Virus record (IMG/VR): IMGVR_UViG_3300005573_000248
Coordinates: 1 to 27,251 of that record
DNA: 27,251 nt
Strand: one strand, 5' to 3'
Source of the DNA: a virus
Lineage: Duplodnaviria; Caudoviricetes
Of this stretch, positions 18,088 to 25,641 are shown piece after piece. Under the pieces are notes generated by a model. That model made no database searches and had not been told where the DNA came from. It was given only the letters and a program-made list of their open reading frames with translations. The first letter of the stretch is position 1, and the number at the start of each line of letters is the position of its first letter. The position numbers and the translations under genes are program-made.

Positions 18088-18209
18088 TTTTGGTATTTTA
18101 TTGCTTTTATTCGATATTTTTTTATTAAAAAAAATAAAGGGATTAATGAAATCAAGGAAATACCAAAAAAACTTGTTTCAAAAGATCTTGCAAAATCCTC
18201 CCTTTATTT
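18087..18209 (-). promoter_or_regulatory. Structured 5' leader of rep (attenuator / pseudoknot candidate)
   Basis: 11-bp stem 18132-18142/18199-18209 followed by a U-run; inner stem 18147-18156/18172-18180; loop 18158-18169 is the exact complement of 18087-18098. Confidence 0.7.
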
Positions 18210-18238
18210 ATATAAATATTATGTTATTTCAAAAAGTA
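18209..18238 (-). promoter_or_regulatory. Candidate rep promoter, TACTTTTT-N11-ATATTTATATA
   Basis: Ends where the structured leader begins; matches 15413-15442. Confidence 0.5.
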
Positions 18239-18277
18239 TATATTTTTTTTTATGTTATACAACATATAATTTATAAA

Positions 18278-18368
18278 AATCATAATTGCCTCAAATATTA
18301 ATGCTTATTATATTATTATTATTCTATTATCATTATTCAATTTATGCATTTATGAGGCAATTATGATT
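18278..18368. repeat. Perfect 16-bp inverted repeat in divergent intergenic region
   Basis: AATCATAATTGCCTCA (18278-18293) and TGAGGCAATTATGATT (18353-18368), with a 59-nt spacer. Confidence 0.85.
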
Positions 18369-18536
18369 GGAACATATCATTTATCTATTTATTTATCACA
18401 TAAAATATACTATATTATTTTAATAAATCAAAATATATAAAAAAATATTTTATAATATTGATTTTATAATGCATTGTATATCAATGTTATATATATTATT
18501 ATAAAAAATAATTTAAATATATTTAACATTTTTTAG

Positions 18537-18566
18537 TATTTTTGGAATTATTGTGATATTTATATA
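18537..18566 (+). promoter_or_regulatory. Candidate promoter of plus-strand operon, TATTTTTG-N11-ATATTTATATA
   Basis: Shares GATATTTATATATAGAAATA with the minus-strand site at ~15420; upstream of the ATG at 18629. Confidence 0.4.
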
Positions 18567-18628
18567 TAGAAATAGGAAATAATAATTTCAATATAAATAA
18601 TAATAATAAAAATAAAATTAAAAGAACT

Positions 18629-18835
18629 ATGAAAACAACAGAAAAATTAAAATTAATGGAAAGAATAATAATAAATAGAATTATGAATATAAAAGATAAA
18701 ATATATAATAAAATAAATATAAAATTATTATTATTTCTTTCAATAGCATTAAATATTTTCTTTTATTTATATATAATTGAAATATTATCAGTTATAAATT
18801 GTTATCATGCATTAGTTTTAAAATTAATCAAATAA
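18629..18835 (+). CDS. Small membrane protein, function unknown
   Basis: ATG after an A-rich leader; basic N-terminus and one hydrophobic segment (LLLFLSIALNIFFYLYIIEILSVI). Confidence 0.45.
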   Translation: MKTTEKLKLMERIIINRIMNIKDKIYNKINIKLLLFLSIALNIFFYLYIIEILSVINCYHALVLKLIK

Positions 18836-18882
18836 AATCACAAATTAAATTAATAAATAATTCAAAATAAAAAAAATACAAC

Positions 18883-19446
18883 ATGAATATAACAGTAACA
18901 GCAACTAAACCAACTGTTTGGGATGAAAAATCAATTAATTATTCGGATAAAATGGAACAAATGAACAAAGAATATATTAAATTTTTATTCAATAAAATGT
19001 TTATCAATTCTTATAACAAAATAATTGAATTAGAAAGATTTAGCGAGATAGATTTTTTGTTTGAAAATTTTTATTATGAAGATAAAAGTATTAAAAAAGG
19101 AATAATTGAAAGCAAAATAAGATCAATATCATATGATCAATACCCTTCAATTCTAATAGAAGAAGACAAATATAGAAAATTATGGGAGAATGAATATTCA
19201 AAAGATTATACTATATCACTTTATATCAACTTTTTAGAAAATTCAAAAGAAAAAGTATGGATTTGCAATATAAAAGATATAAAAGAAAATGAGTACATGC
19301 TAGAATATAAAGAAAATATGAGAATAAAAATAAAGTCCTTAGGAAATAAATATACTTATTACGAAAATAGAATTTTGATACCTAGAGAATTAGGCAAATA
19401 TTACGAATTCAAAAAGGATTTAAATAAATATATATTAATAAAATAA
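18883..19446 (+). CDS. Putative PD-(D/E)XK nuclease-fold protein
   Basis: FSEIDFLF...GIIESKIR...YPSILIEEDKY gives a D...ExK pattern. Confidence 0.6.
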   Translation: MNITVTATKPTVWDEKSINYSDKMEQMNKEYIKFLFNKMFINSYNKIIELERFSEIDFLFENFYYEDKSIKKGIIESKIRSISYDQYPSILIEEDKYRKLWENEYSKDYTISLYINFLENSKEKVWICNIKDIKENEYMLEYKENMRIKIKSLGNKYTYYENRILIPRELGKYYEFKKDLNKYILIK

Positions 19447-19471
19447 ATAATAATACTATAAAATACAAATT

Positions 19472-19672
19472 ATGCAAGAAAAAGAAAAAATTACAGTTAG
19501 ATTTTCTCAAAACACACTTTTACAGCTTTCAGAAATAAAAGATTCTCTTAATGTATCTTACTCTTTATTAATAAGAACAATAGTATCCGATTTTTTAATA
19601 AGAAATGAAGAACGATTATATCAATTGATTGATAATAAAAATAATAATAATAAAAAATATAAATCTAAATAA
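19472..19672 (+). CDS. Ribbon-helix-helix (CopG/Arc-like) DNA-binding protein
   Basis: KITVRFS beta ribbon, then helix-LNVSYSLLIRTIVSDFL. Confidence 0.75.
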   Translation: MQEKEKITVRFSQNTLLQLSEIKDSLNVSYSLLIRTIVSDFLIRNEERLYQLIDNKNNNNKKYKSK

Positions 19673-19673
19673 A

Positions 19674-20024
19674 ATGCCTACTATTCCCAAACTCCCAAAA
19701 GCAAAAAGACATACTGAAAACTCAGAAAAGCGAGTAGAAAGACAAAAGTATTACAACACTAGCCGATGGCACCGCCTCAGGGCTGAAAAATTGAGACAGT
19801 CACCACTATGCGAGGATTGTTTGAAGGATAATATAGTTACACTTGCAACTGATGTACACCACAATATTTCATTTATGAGTAGTGATAATGAAGAAGTCAG
19901 ACAGTATTTATTTTTTGACTTTGAAAATTTAGTTAGTCTTTGTAAAACTTGCCACCAAAAAAGACATAACTCACATATAATAGATGATCCAGATAATAAT
20001 AACGACGATAAAAACAAAAAATAA
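19674..20024 (+). CDS. HNH endonuclease (HK97 gp74-like terminase cofactor)
   Basis: YNTSRWHRLR...PLCEDC...ATDVHH...NLVSLCKTCHQKRH; start moved to ATG 19674 (MPTIPK). Confidence 0.93.
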   Translation: MPTIPKLPKAKRHTENSEKRVERQKYYNTSRWHRLRAEKLRQSPLCEDCLKDNIVTLATDVHHNISFMSSDNEEVRQYLFFDFENLVSLCKTCHQKRHNSHIIDDPDNNNDDKNKK

Positions 20025-20025
20025 A

Positions 20026-20343
20026 ATGAATATAAATGATATTATAACATTGAAATATAATGAATTAGCAGCTTTATGTAAAAAAAACATTATTATTCGC
20101 TGCGAAAACAAATCTGGAGTTCGTGATATTGAACAAATTGACATTTTACACACCATAATTCTTAGATTTCTTAAAAAATATCGTCATAAGGATGATTTAA
20201 ATGTTGATGAAGTATATAATAGTCTAAAAATGACATTTTTAGGTGAAATAAATAATTATTTAAAGCTAAAAAAACCAGAAAGTTTAACATTCATCTCAAT
20301 GGATGAAATTAAATTTGAACATAATAATGAAGAAACAACATAA
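20026..20343 (+). CDS. 105-aa protein resembling an isolated sigma70/ECF region-2 domain
   Basis: ATG 20026 follows the HNH stop. Pattern KYNELAALCKK...IDILHTIILRFLKKY...VYNSLKMTFLGEINNYLK...ISMDE echoes ECF sigma2 helices; no room for a sigma4 domain. Confidence 0.5.
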   Translation: MNINDIITLKYNELAALCKKNIIIRCENKSGVRDIEQIDILHTIILRFLKKYRHKDDLNVDEVYNSLKMTFLGEINNYLKLKKPESLTFISMDEIKFEHNNEETT

Positions 20344-20349
20344 CATAAT

Positions 20350-20390
20350 AAAAAAAAATGACTATCTATTTATGTAGGTAGTCATTTTTT
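20350..20390. terminator. Bidirectional terminator between convergent genes
   Basis: A9-TGACTATCTA-tttatg-TAGGTAGTCA-T6. Confidence 0.85.
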
Positions 20391-20409
20391 ATTGTATTAA
20401 TACTTGAAA

Positions 20410-22188
20410 TTAATTAGAAAATGATATTATAATATCAAAAGGTATTGTTCCTATTGCAATATGTTTTTGTGTTTCAGTAAATGGATGATAAGTAATAAAA
20501 TCAGCTTTATTATCATTGAATAATTTAGTAATTTCATCTATAGTATTAGATATTTTTTCATTACCATATTCAAATATAAATACTTTATTATCACTATCAT
20601 ATGATATATTTATATCATTAAAATATGATTGTATATAAAATATTTTTTTCATTATTTTAACTCTTGAATTATAAAACAAATAAGTAATACTGTTATTATT
20701 TATATCCTTATTCCAATCCACTTTTATTATATTTATAAATCTGTAATTAGATTGTAAAATCGTTATTTTTTTGATTAATATATTTATATAATGTTTAACT
20801 AAATTTCTATCATTCTCTATAATTTCAATGTTCCTATCAATCTCACTTGCAATATCTATATCTATATTTTTTAATGAAATTAAATATCTTTTATTCTCGC
20901 TTTCTTTGTCTGAAATTATTTTATTTTGAATTTTTATATCGCTATCAATTATCGCAATTTTCTTTTTTATTGATTCTATATCACCGCCAAATAACTGATA
21001 AGAGTTTATTATTCTTTCTCTTTTATTATTTAACTCTTTGATTATCTTATTTTTAATATTCTGTATTTCAATATTATTTTCTTCTATTTTTTTATTCACA
21101 TTTTCTTTTATATCAATTTTTTTTTCTATTTCTATTCTAAAATCAAATATTTTATTTTTTACTAGTATCCAGATAGCATTCTCAATTTTTTCAATTTCAA
21201 TATTTTTTGAATCACATTTATTATTTTGACCAAATAGATAATTCACATTTTTTTTACACATATATATGTGTGTGTTTGTATTCTTACTTCTTGGAATCAT
21301 TTTGTTACCGCAGTGACAAAATAATTTTTCATTTAATATGTAATTAAATTTTCTAGGTGTAAACTTTGTTTTATTTGTATTTAATAGTTGCTGAGCCTTC
21401 TCATATTGGTCTTTTGAAATGAAAATAAGATTTTTATCCAGATTAATTATCTCATTTTTATATTGACGAAATCCATAATACCATGAGTTTTTTAAAATGA
21501 AACTTATTGTTTGAGGATACCAAATAGTTTTTGTTTTTGTAGAAAAAATATCTTTATTGTTATTTAAATCTATACAAATTCTCCTTAATGATTTTTCATC
21601 CTCAACAAATGACTTAAAAATATATTGAACAATTTTTTTCTCATTTTCATCAATGACTATCTGTTTAGTTTTTTTCTCAACATCGTTGACATACGTATAA
21701 CCTAATGGAAGGACACCGCCAACATAATTCCCAAATTTTACTTTTGTTGCCTTTCCTTGTATTAGCTTGTCTTTCATGTTTTTAGCGTCCATTTCAGCAA
21801 ATTGAGACAAGATAGTTAACAACATATTTAATATAAAGTTAAGCTCTCCACCCTCTAATGAGTTGATATTCTGGTTTTTGAAATATATATTAACGCCTCG
21901 TTCTGCACAAAAGCGAACTATTTTCATTAGTCCCAAAGCTGATCGTGAAAGTCTAGTAAATTCGTTGACCCAAATCTCGTCAACCAATTTATTTTCTACA
22001 GCGTCCATTAATTTTCGCATTTCAGGACGTTCTTCTTCTGATTTAAAACCACTTATTTTCTCATGAAATACTTTGACTAATTCAACATCATTTCTACTTT
22101 TGAGTGAATCATTTAATGAATCTAATTGATATTGATAATCTTGTGATTCTGTTGAATTTCGCAAGTAAAAAGCAATTCTATGTTTCAT
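20410..22188 (-). CDS. Large serine recombinase (phage integrase)
   Basis: FYLRNST catalytic motif, EKISG...RPEM, TRLSRS, GGVLPLGY, recombinase domain, CHCG...C...C zinc ribbon and coiled coil; likely start ATG 22188 (MKHRIAFY). Confidence 0.93.
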   Translation of the reverse strand: MKHRIAFYLRNSTESQDYQYQLDSLNDSLKSRNDVELVKVFHEKISGFKSEEERPEMRKLMDAVENKLVDEIWVNEFTRLSRSALGLMKIVRFCAERGVNIYFKNQNINSLEGGELNFILNMLLTILSQFAEMDAKNMKDKLIQGKATKVKFGNYVGGVLPLGYTYVNDVEKKTKQIVIDENEKKIVQYIFKSFVEDEKSLRRICIDLNNNKDIFSTKTKTIWYPQTISFILKNSWYYGFRQYKNEIINLDKNLIFISKDQYEKAQQLLNTNKTKFTPRKFNYILNEKLFCHCGNKMIPRSKNTNTHIYMCKKNVNYLFGQNNKCDSKNIEIEKIENAIWILVKNKIFDFRIEIEKKIDIKENVNKKIEENNIEIQNIKNKIIKELNNKRERIINSYQLFGGDIESIKKKIAIIDSDIKIQNKIISDKESENKRYLISLKNIDIDIASEIDRNIEIIENDRNLVKHYINILIKKITILQSNYRFINIIKVDWNKDINNNSITYLFYNSRVKIMKKIFYIQSYFNDINISYDSDNKVFIFEYGNEKISNTIDEITKLFNDNKADFITYHPFTETQKHIAIGTIPFDIIISFSN

Positions 22189-22221
22189 AATTAACTGTTT
22201 TAGATATGATATTTTTGTTTG

Positions 22222-22229
22222 CAAATATA
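22222..22229 (-). promoter_or_regulatory. Bacteroidota primary-sigma -7 box (TATATTTG) upstream of integrase
   Basis: Matches TAnnTTTG about 34 nt before the ATG at 22188; no clean -33 TTTG seen. Confidence 0.55.
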
Positions 22230-22260
22230 TATATTTTAATCCACAGTTATTATAAACAGA

Positions 22261-22303
22261 TGGTATCTTTATAAGCAGTTTAAATGGCTTTTATAAATAA
22301 CCA
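22261..22303. other. Candidate attP (imperfect 43-bp dyad)
   Basis: TGGT-atc-TTTATAA-gcag-TTTAAA-tggc-tt-TTATAAA-ta-ACCA, just upstream of the serine integrase. Confidence 0.3.
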
Positions 22304-22469
22304 CCTTTTATAATAGATTGATATATAGATATATATAAATATAATTCCTTTTTTTATTACATTTTCTGTTTTTGTATTTTTATGCTTATTTATTGTTATT
22401 TATGGCATATTACTAATGTGCTTTATTTCAACTATTTATCAAAAAATGGAAACTTTGAAAGTAACAAAT

Positions 22470-22536
22470 CGTACAAAGAAGAGAGGGGGTGAGGTTTAAC
22501 TGCCTGACCTTCAAATTTTTATGCACCCCCCTGCCT
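22470..22536 (-). other. Candidate cos (packaging/cleavage) region
   Basis: Conspicuously GC-rich non-coding island: GGCAGGGGGGTGCATAAAAATTTG...AAACCTCACCCCCTCTCTTC, with a GGGGGTG/CACCCCC dyad like cos regions of HNH/P27-terminase phages. Confidence 0.6.
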
Positions 22537-22590
22537 TTTTCTAATTTCTTCTTGAACCAAAGACAGCCACCCAAACCCAATGATAATCAA

Positions 22591-22729
22591 TTAATTATAT
22601 AACAATCTATATATTAATTTATTATGTATTGAAATGAAATATAAAATAAATTATTAATATAACTATCTACATATTAATATATTATATAATATAATATCAA
22701 TTATATAATGTGTTATTAATATAACTATC
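22591..22729. repeat. Three ~60-bp-spaced copies of TTAWTWATATAACWATC
   Basis: Copies start at 22591, 22651 and 22713. Confidence 0.55.
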
Positions 22730-22768
22730 ATATAATCAATAATATATATAAATATAAATATCTAATTA

Positions 22769-22860
22769 TAATATAAGATATGATATATAATATATGATAT
22801 GTAAGTTGTGATATATAAGTTATGATATATAAGATATGATATATAAGATATTATATATAA
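22769..22860. repeat. Tandem 14-bp repeat, ATATATAAGATATG x6
   Basis: Units start at 22769, 22783, 22797, 22811, 22825 and 22839 with a few substitutions. Confidence 0.85.
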
Positions 22861-22898
22861 ATTAATATATAAACAAAAAAAACCCCTTAACTAACAAA

Positions 22899-22936
22899 GT
22901 GATAAGGAAGTGTTAAGGAAGTGTTAAGGAGGTGTT
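22899..22936. repeat. Tandem 11-bp repeat GTGTTAAGGAA x3.5, enclosed by CCCCTT/AAGGGG
   Basis: gtgataaggaa-gtgttaaggaa-gtgttaaggag-gtgtt. Confidence 0.8.
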
Positions 22937-23002
22937 TCGTGGAATAAAGGGGTGGTATTTTATATTTTATTATATTTGATAGTACGCTGATATTATATTA
23001 TA

Positions 23003-23072
23003 TTGATAATACATTAATAATAACTTGACAATACATTTGATAATACATTTGATATTACATTTGATATTATAT
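23003..23072. repeat. 12-bp repeat TTGATAATACAT (1 isolated + 4 tandem)
   Basis: Units at 23003, 23025, 23037, 23049 and 23061. Confidence 0.8.
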
Positions 23073-23170
23073 TAATAATATATTTAATAATACATTGATA
23101 ATATATTGTGATCTAAACAAGTATAATAATTATATTTTATTATTATAACATTAATATAACATTAAGCGTT

Positions 23171-23299
23171 AAGGCGGTTATAAGGAGCTCCCAATAAATC
23201 GTTAAGATAATTGTAATGATAAAGCATTCGGACGGTTATAATGAGCCCCTTTAATCCACCCACAATAAAGCGTTAAGATAATTGTAATGATAAAGCATT
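23171..23299. repeat. Direct duplication including the methyltransferase 3' end
   Basis: CGTTAAGATAATTGTAATGATAAAGCATT is identical at 23200-23228 and 23271-23299; each copy is preceded by CGGTTATAAkGAGC...CAATAAA. Confidence 0.9.
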
Positions 23300-24040
23300 A
23301 TTGATTTGTTGAACTGCAATATCAAAGTATTCTTCATTTAATTCAATTCCAATGAATTTTCTATTTGTATTGACACATGCAACCCCAGTACTTCCACATC
23401 CCATAGTATTATCTAATACTATATCATTTTCATTAGAGTATGTTTTAATCAAATATTCCAATAATGGAATTGGCTTTGCAGTAGGATGATGCATGTTTTT
23501 TTTATATCCGTTGTTGAAACTTAATATTGAAGTTGGATATGCTTTATCTATTGGTATCTTTCTAAAATTACCATCAACCATTTTTCCGTAATTAGGACTT
23601 TGTCTATTTATTTTATTTGTAATAGATATTTTTCTTATGTTTTTTGCTGGTTTATCTACAAATTGCGGATTATATGTAGGTAATTTTTTATAGAATACTA
23701 ATATATTTTCGTGTTTTCGTAAAGGCATTTTATTAGCATTCAGAAAACCTGTTGAATTTGATTTGTTGTATATTAATTCATATCTAAACATTTTTATATT
23801 GCTCATTATTAAAGCACTACTAAAAGGTTGACACCCAAAAAGTACAATAGCACCATTATCTTTAATTATTCTTTCATATTGTTTCCACAGCGGTTCAAAT
23901 GGTATTATTACATCCCATTTATTGGCAGTAATTTGATAAGGTAAATCACACAGTATTAGATCAATAGATTTATCTTTTATGTTTTGCATCTCGATTAAAC
24001 AATCACCTTTAATCAGTTCAATATCATCATTTATTTTCAA
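23273..24040 (-). CDS. N4/N6 DNA methyltransferase (beta-class motif order)
   Basis: GDCL...DLILCDLPY catalytic motif, HPTAKP, VLDNTMGCGSTGVA SAM-binding motif, FIGIEL; TTG start. Confidence 0.95.
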   Translation of the reverse strand: MKINDDIELIKGDCLIEMQNIKDKSIDLILCDLPYQITANKWDVIIPFEPLWKQYERIIKDNGAIVLFGCQPFSSALIMSNIKMFRYELIYNKSNSTGFLNANKMPLRKHENILVFYKKLPTYNPQFVDKPAKNIRKISITNKINRQSPNYGKMVDGNFRKIPIDKAYPTSILSFNNGYKKNMHHPTAKPIPLLEYLIKTYSNENDIVLDNTMGCGSTGVACVNTNRKFIGIELNEEYFDIAVQQINNALSLQLS

Positions 24041-24239
24041 TTTAATATAATTTAATATATATTATTATTAATATAAAATATAACGTAATTTATAATAATA
24101 TTCATTATTTAATCCATTATTTATTTCATTGTCATAATAATTATTTATATAATTATCATTTAATTCAATAACAATATTGATATTATCAATTAATTCTATA
24201 TATACCTTTTTTTCATTTATATTATTATCCATAATATTA

Positions 24240-24560
24240 TTATATTGGTTGTATTATATTTATATGAAATCTATCGGAAGTCTTTCTATAAGTTTCATTA
24301 CTTACTGTAATATCACAAAATAAAAGACCTGGTATCAATTGACTTGATTCTTCAGATGTAAAGTTGAATACAATAGGACTATTATCAATAGAATTTATTA
24401 TTTTATGTAAGTCTATTGTACTTCCAGATTCTACATATTTTCCATTCAATTCACTTGTGAATCCTGTATTATTTTCTTCTAAACCATTCATTGTAATTAC
24501 AACAGGTATAGAAAAAGTATCACCTTGTTTTACTGTAATTGTTTTTATATTATTATTCAT
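24240..24560 (-). CDS. Small beta-rich protein (BppU-N/Ig-like, structural?)
   Basis: ITVKQGDTFSIPV...FTSEESSQL...LFCDITVS pattern. Confidence 0.5.
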   Translation of the reverse strand: MNNNIKTITVKQGDTFSIPVVITMNGLEENNTGFTSELNGKYVESGSTIDLHKIINSIDNSPIVFNFTSEESSQLIPGLLFCDITVSNETYRKTSDRFHINIIQPI

Positions 24561-24573
24561 ATTATTTTATATA

Positions 24574-25119
24574 TTATTCTATTATTAATAAAGCTTTTTG
24601 ATAATATTTATATCTTTCTCTATAACCATTTAAACCTCCATTTATTTTTTTTGTAATTTCTATAAAACTAAAATTATCTGCTAAATCATTGAGTTTGTGA
24701 ATATTCCAAAACCAACACGCACTTCTTGTTGCTAAATCTGGTTCCTCTAATAACTGATAGTTATTTATTAAATCAATATTAAATGCTTTTGAAAGCAAGG
24801 TATAATTATATCTACCAGTAAGTTGAATTAAACCTCGACCCTTGAATTTAATTCCATCACCTTTATTTATATTTCCTAAATCTTTCCTACCTTCATATTC
24901 AGCACCACTTGATATTTCTTTTGTACAAGAAAGACAATCACTTTCGTAAAGAATTTGAGATATAAATGCGCTTTCTCTTAATCTTTTAACTATATCATAT
25001 TCAGCCATATATTTATTTAATAATGGAAAATATATATCTATTCTTTTCTTTAATTTCAATAAACTATCTTCACTTGAATAAGTTATTGATGCTATTTTAT
25101 ATAATTCTTCTTTTGTCAT
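24574..25119 (-). CDS. Endolysin, glycoside hydrolase family 19
   Basis: AFISQILYES, YEGRKDLGN...GDG.KFKGRGLIQLTGRYNY, SACWFW, ITKKINGGLNG. Confidence 0.95.
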   Translation of the reverse strand: MTKEELYKIASITYSSEDSLLKLKKRIDIYFPLLNKYMAEYDIVKRLRESAFISQILYESDCLSCTKEISSGAEYEGRKDLGNINKGDGIKFKGRGLIQLTGRYNYTLLSKAFNIDLINNYQLLEEPDLATRSACWFWNIHKLNDLADNFSFIEITKKINGGLNGYRERYKYYQKALLIIE

Positions 25120-25126
25120 AATATAA

Positions 25127-25585
25127 TTATTTATTTAATATATTATTATTATTACTATCTGTTATATTATTATTATCTAGTATATTATTTAATTTGTTTC
25201 TATATTTACAGTCTAAATTATAGCATATAACATTTTTTAAGTTATTGATAGTAACATTATTATTAAATATATTAGATTGAAGTATAAGAACTTGTTCTCT
25301 TAATTTTTCCAATTGTGCAGAATAGTTATCTAGTTCTTTTTGTTTAACATCCAATTGTTTTTGAAGTATTTCTATTTGACTTGAAAAAAATATAATTTGC
25401 TTTTCGTATATATCACTTGAAGTATTTTGAATTTCTAAATCTTCTTTATCATTTTGATATTCAACAACTTTTTTAATTCTAAATATTTTTTTAAAAAATG
25501 GAATAATCCATTTACTAAGTGCTATATAGCTTAATATAGAAGTTCCAGCACTTCCTAACATTTGAAAGTCTATTAACATTGACAT
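25127..25585 (-). CDS. Membrane-anchored coiled-coil lysis-module protein (holin-like)
   Basis: N-terminal hydrophobic segment followed by KKIFRIKK, a long coiled coil and CYNLDCKYR; directly upstream of the endolysin. Confidence 0.6.
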   Translation of the reverse strand: MSMLIDFQMLGSAGTSILSYIALSKWIIPFFKKIFRIKKVVEYQNDKEDLEIQNTSSDIYEKQIIFFSSQIEILQKQLDVKQKELDNYSAQLEKLREQVLILQSNIFNNNVTINNLKNVICYNLDCKYRNKLNNILDNNNITDSNNNNILNK

Positions 25586-25641
25586 TGGTATATATTATAT
25601 ATTACATTATATATTACATTATTTTTAAGTGTTTATATAAT

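Noticed and set aside
18080-18301. 73-aa + strand ORF over the rep leader
   Set aside because: Non-ATG start, no recognisable motif, and it overlaps a region better explained as structured leader and promoter.
19751-20156. Minus-strand ORFs 19751-20017 and 19971-20156
   Set aside because: Antisense to the HNH and sigma2-like genes.
165-24588. Short + strand ORFs antisense to real genes (165-416, 5204-5398, 8641-8919, 10610-10825, 13995-14273, 16583-16792, 20847-21229, 21863-22066, 24364-24588)
   Set aside because: Shadow frames of well-supported minus-strand genes; F/I/L/S-rich composition reflects AT-rich antisense codons.
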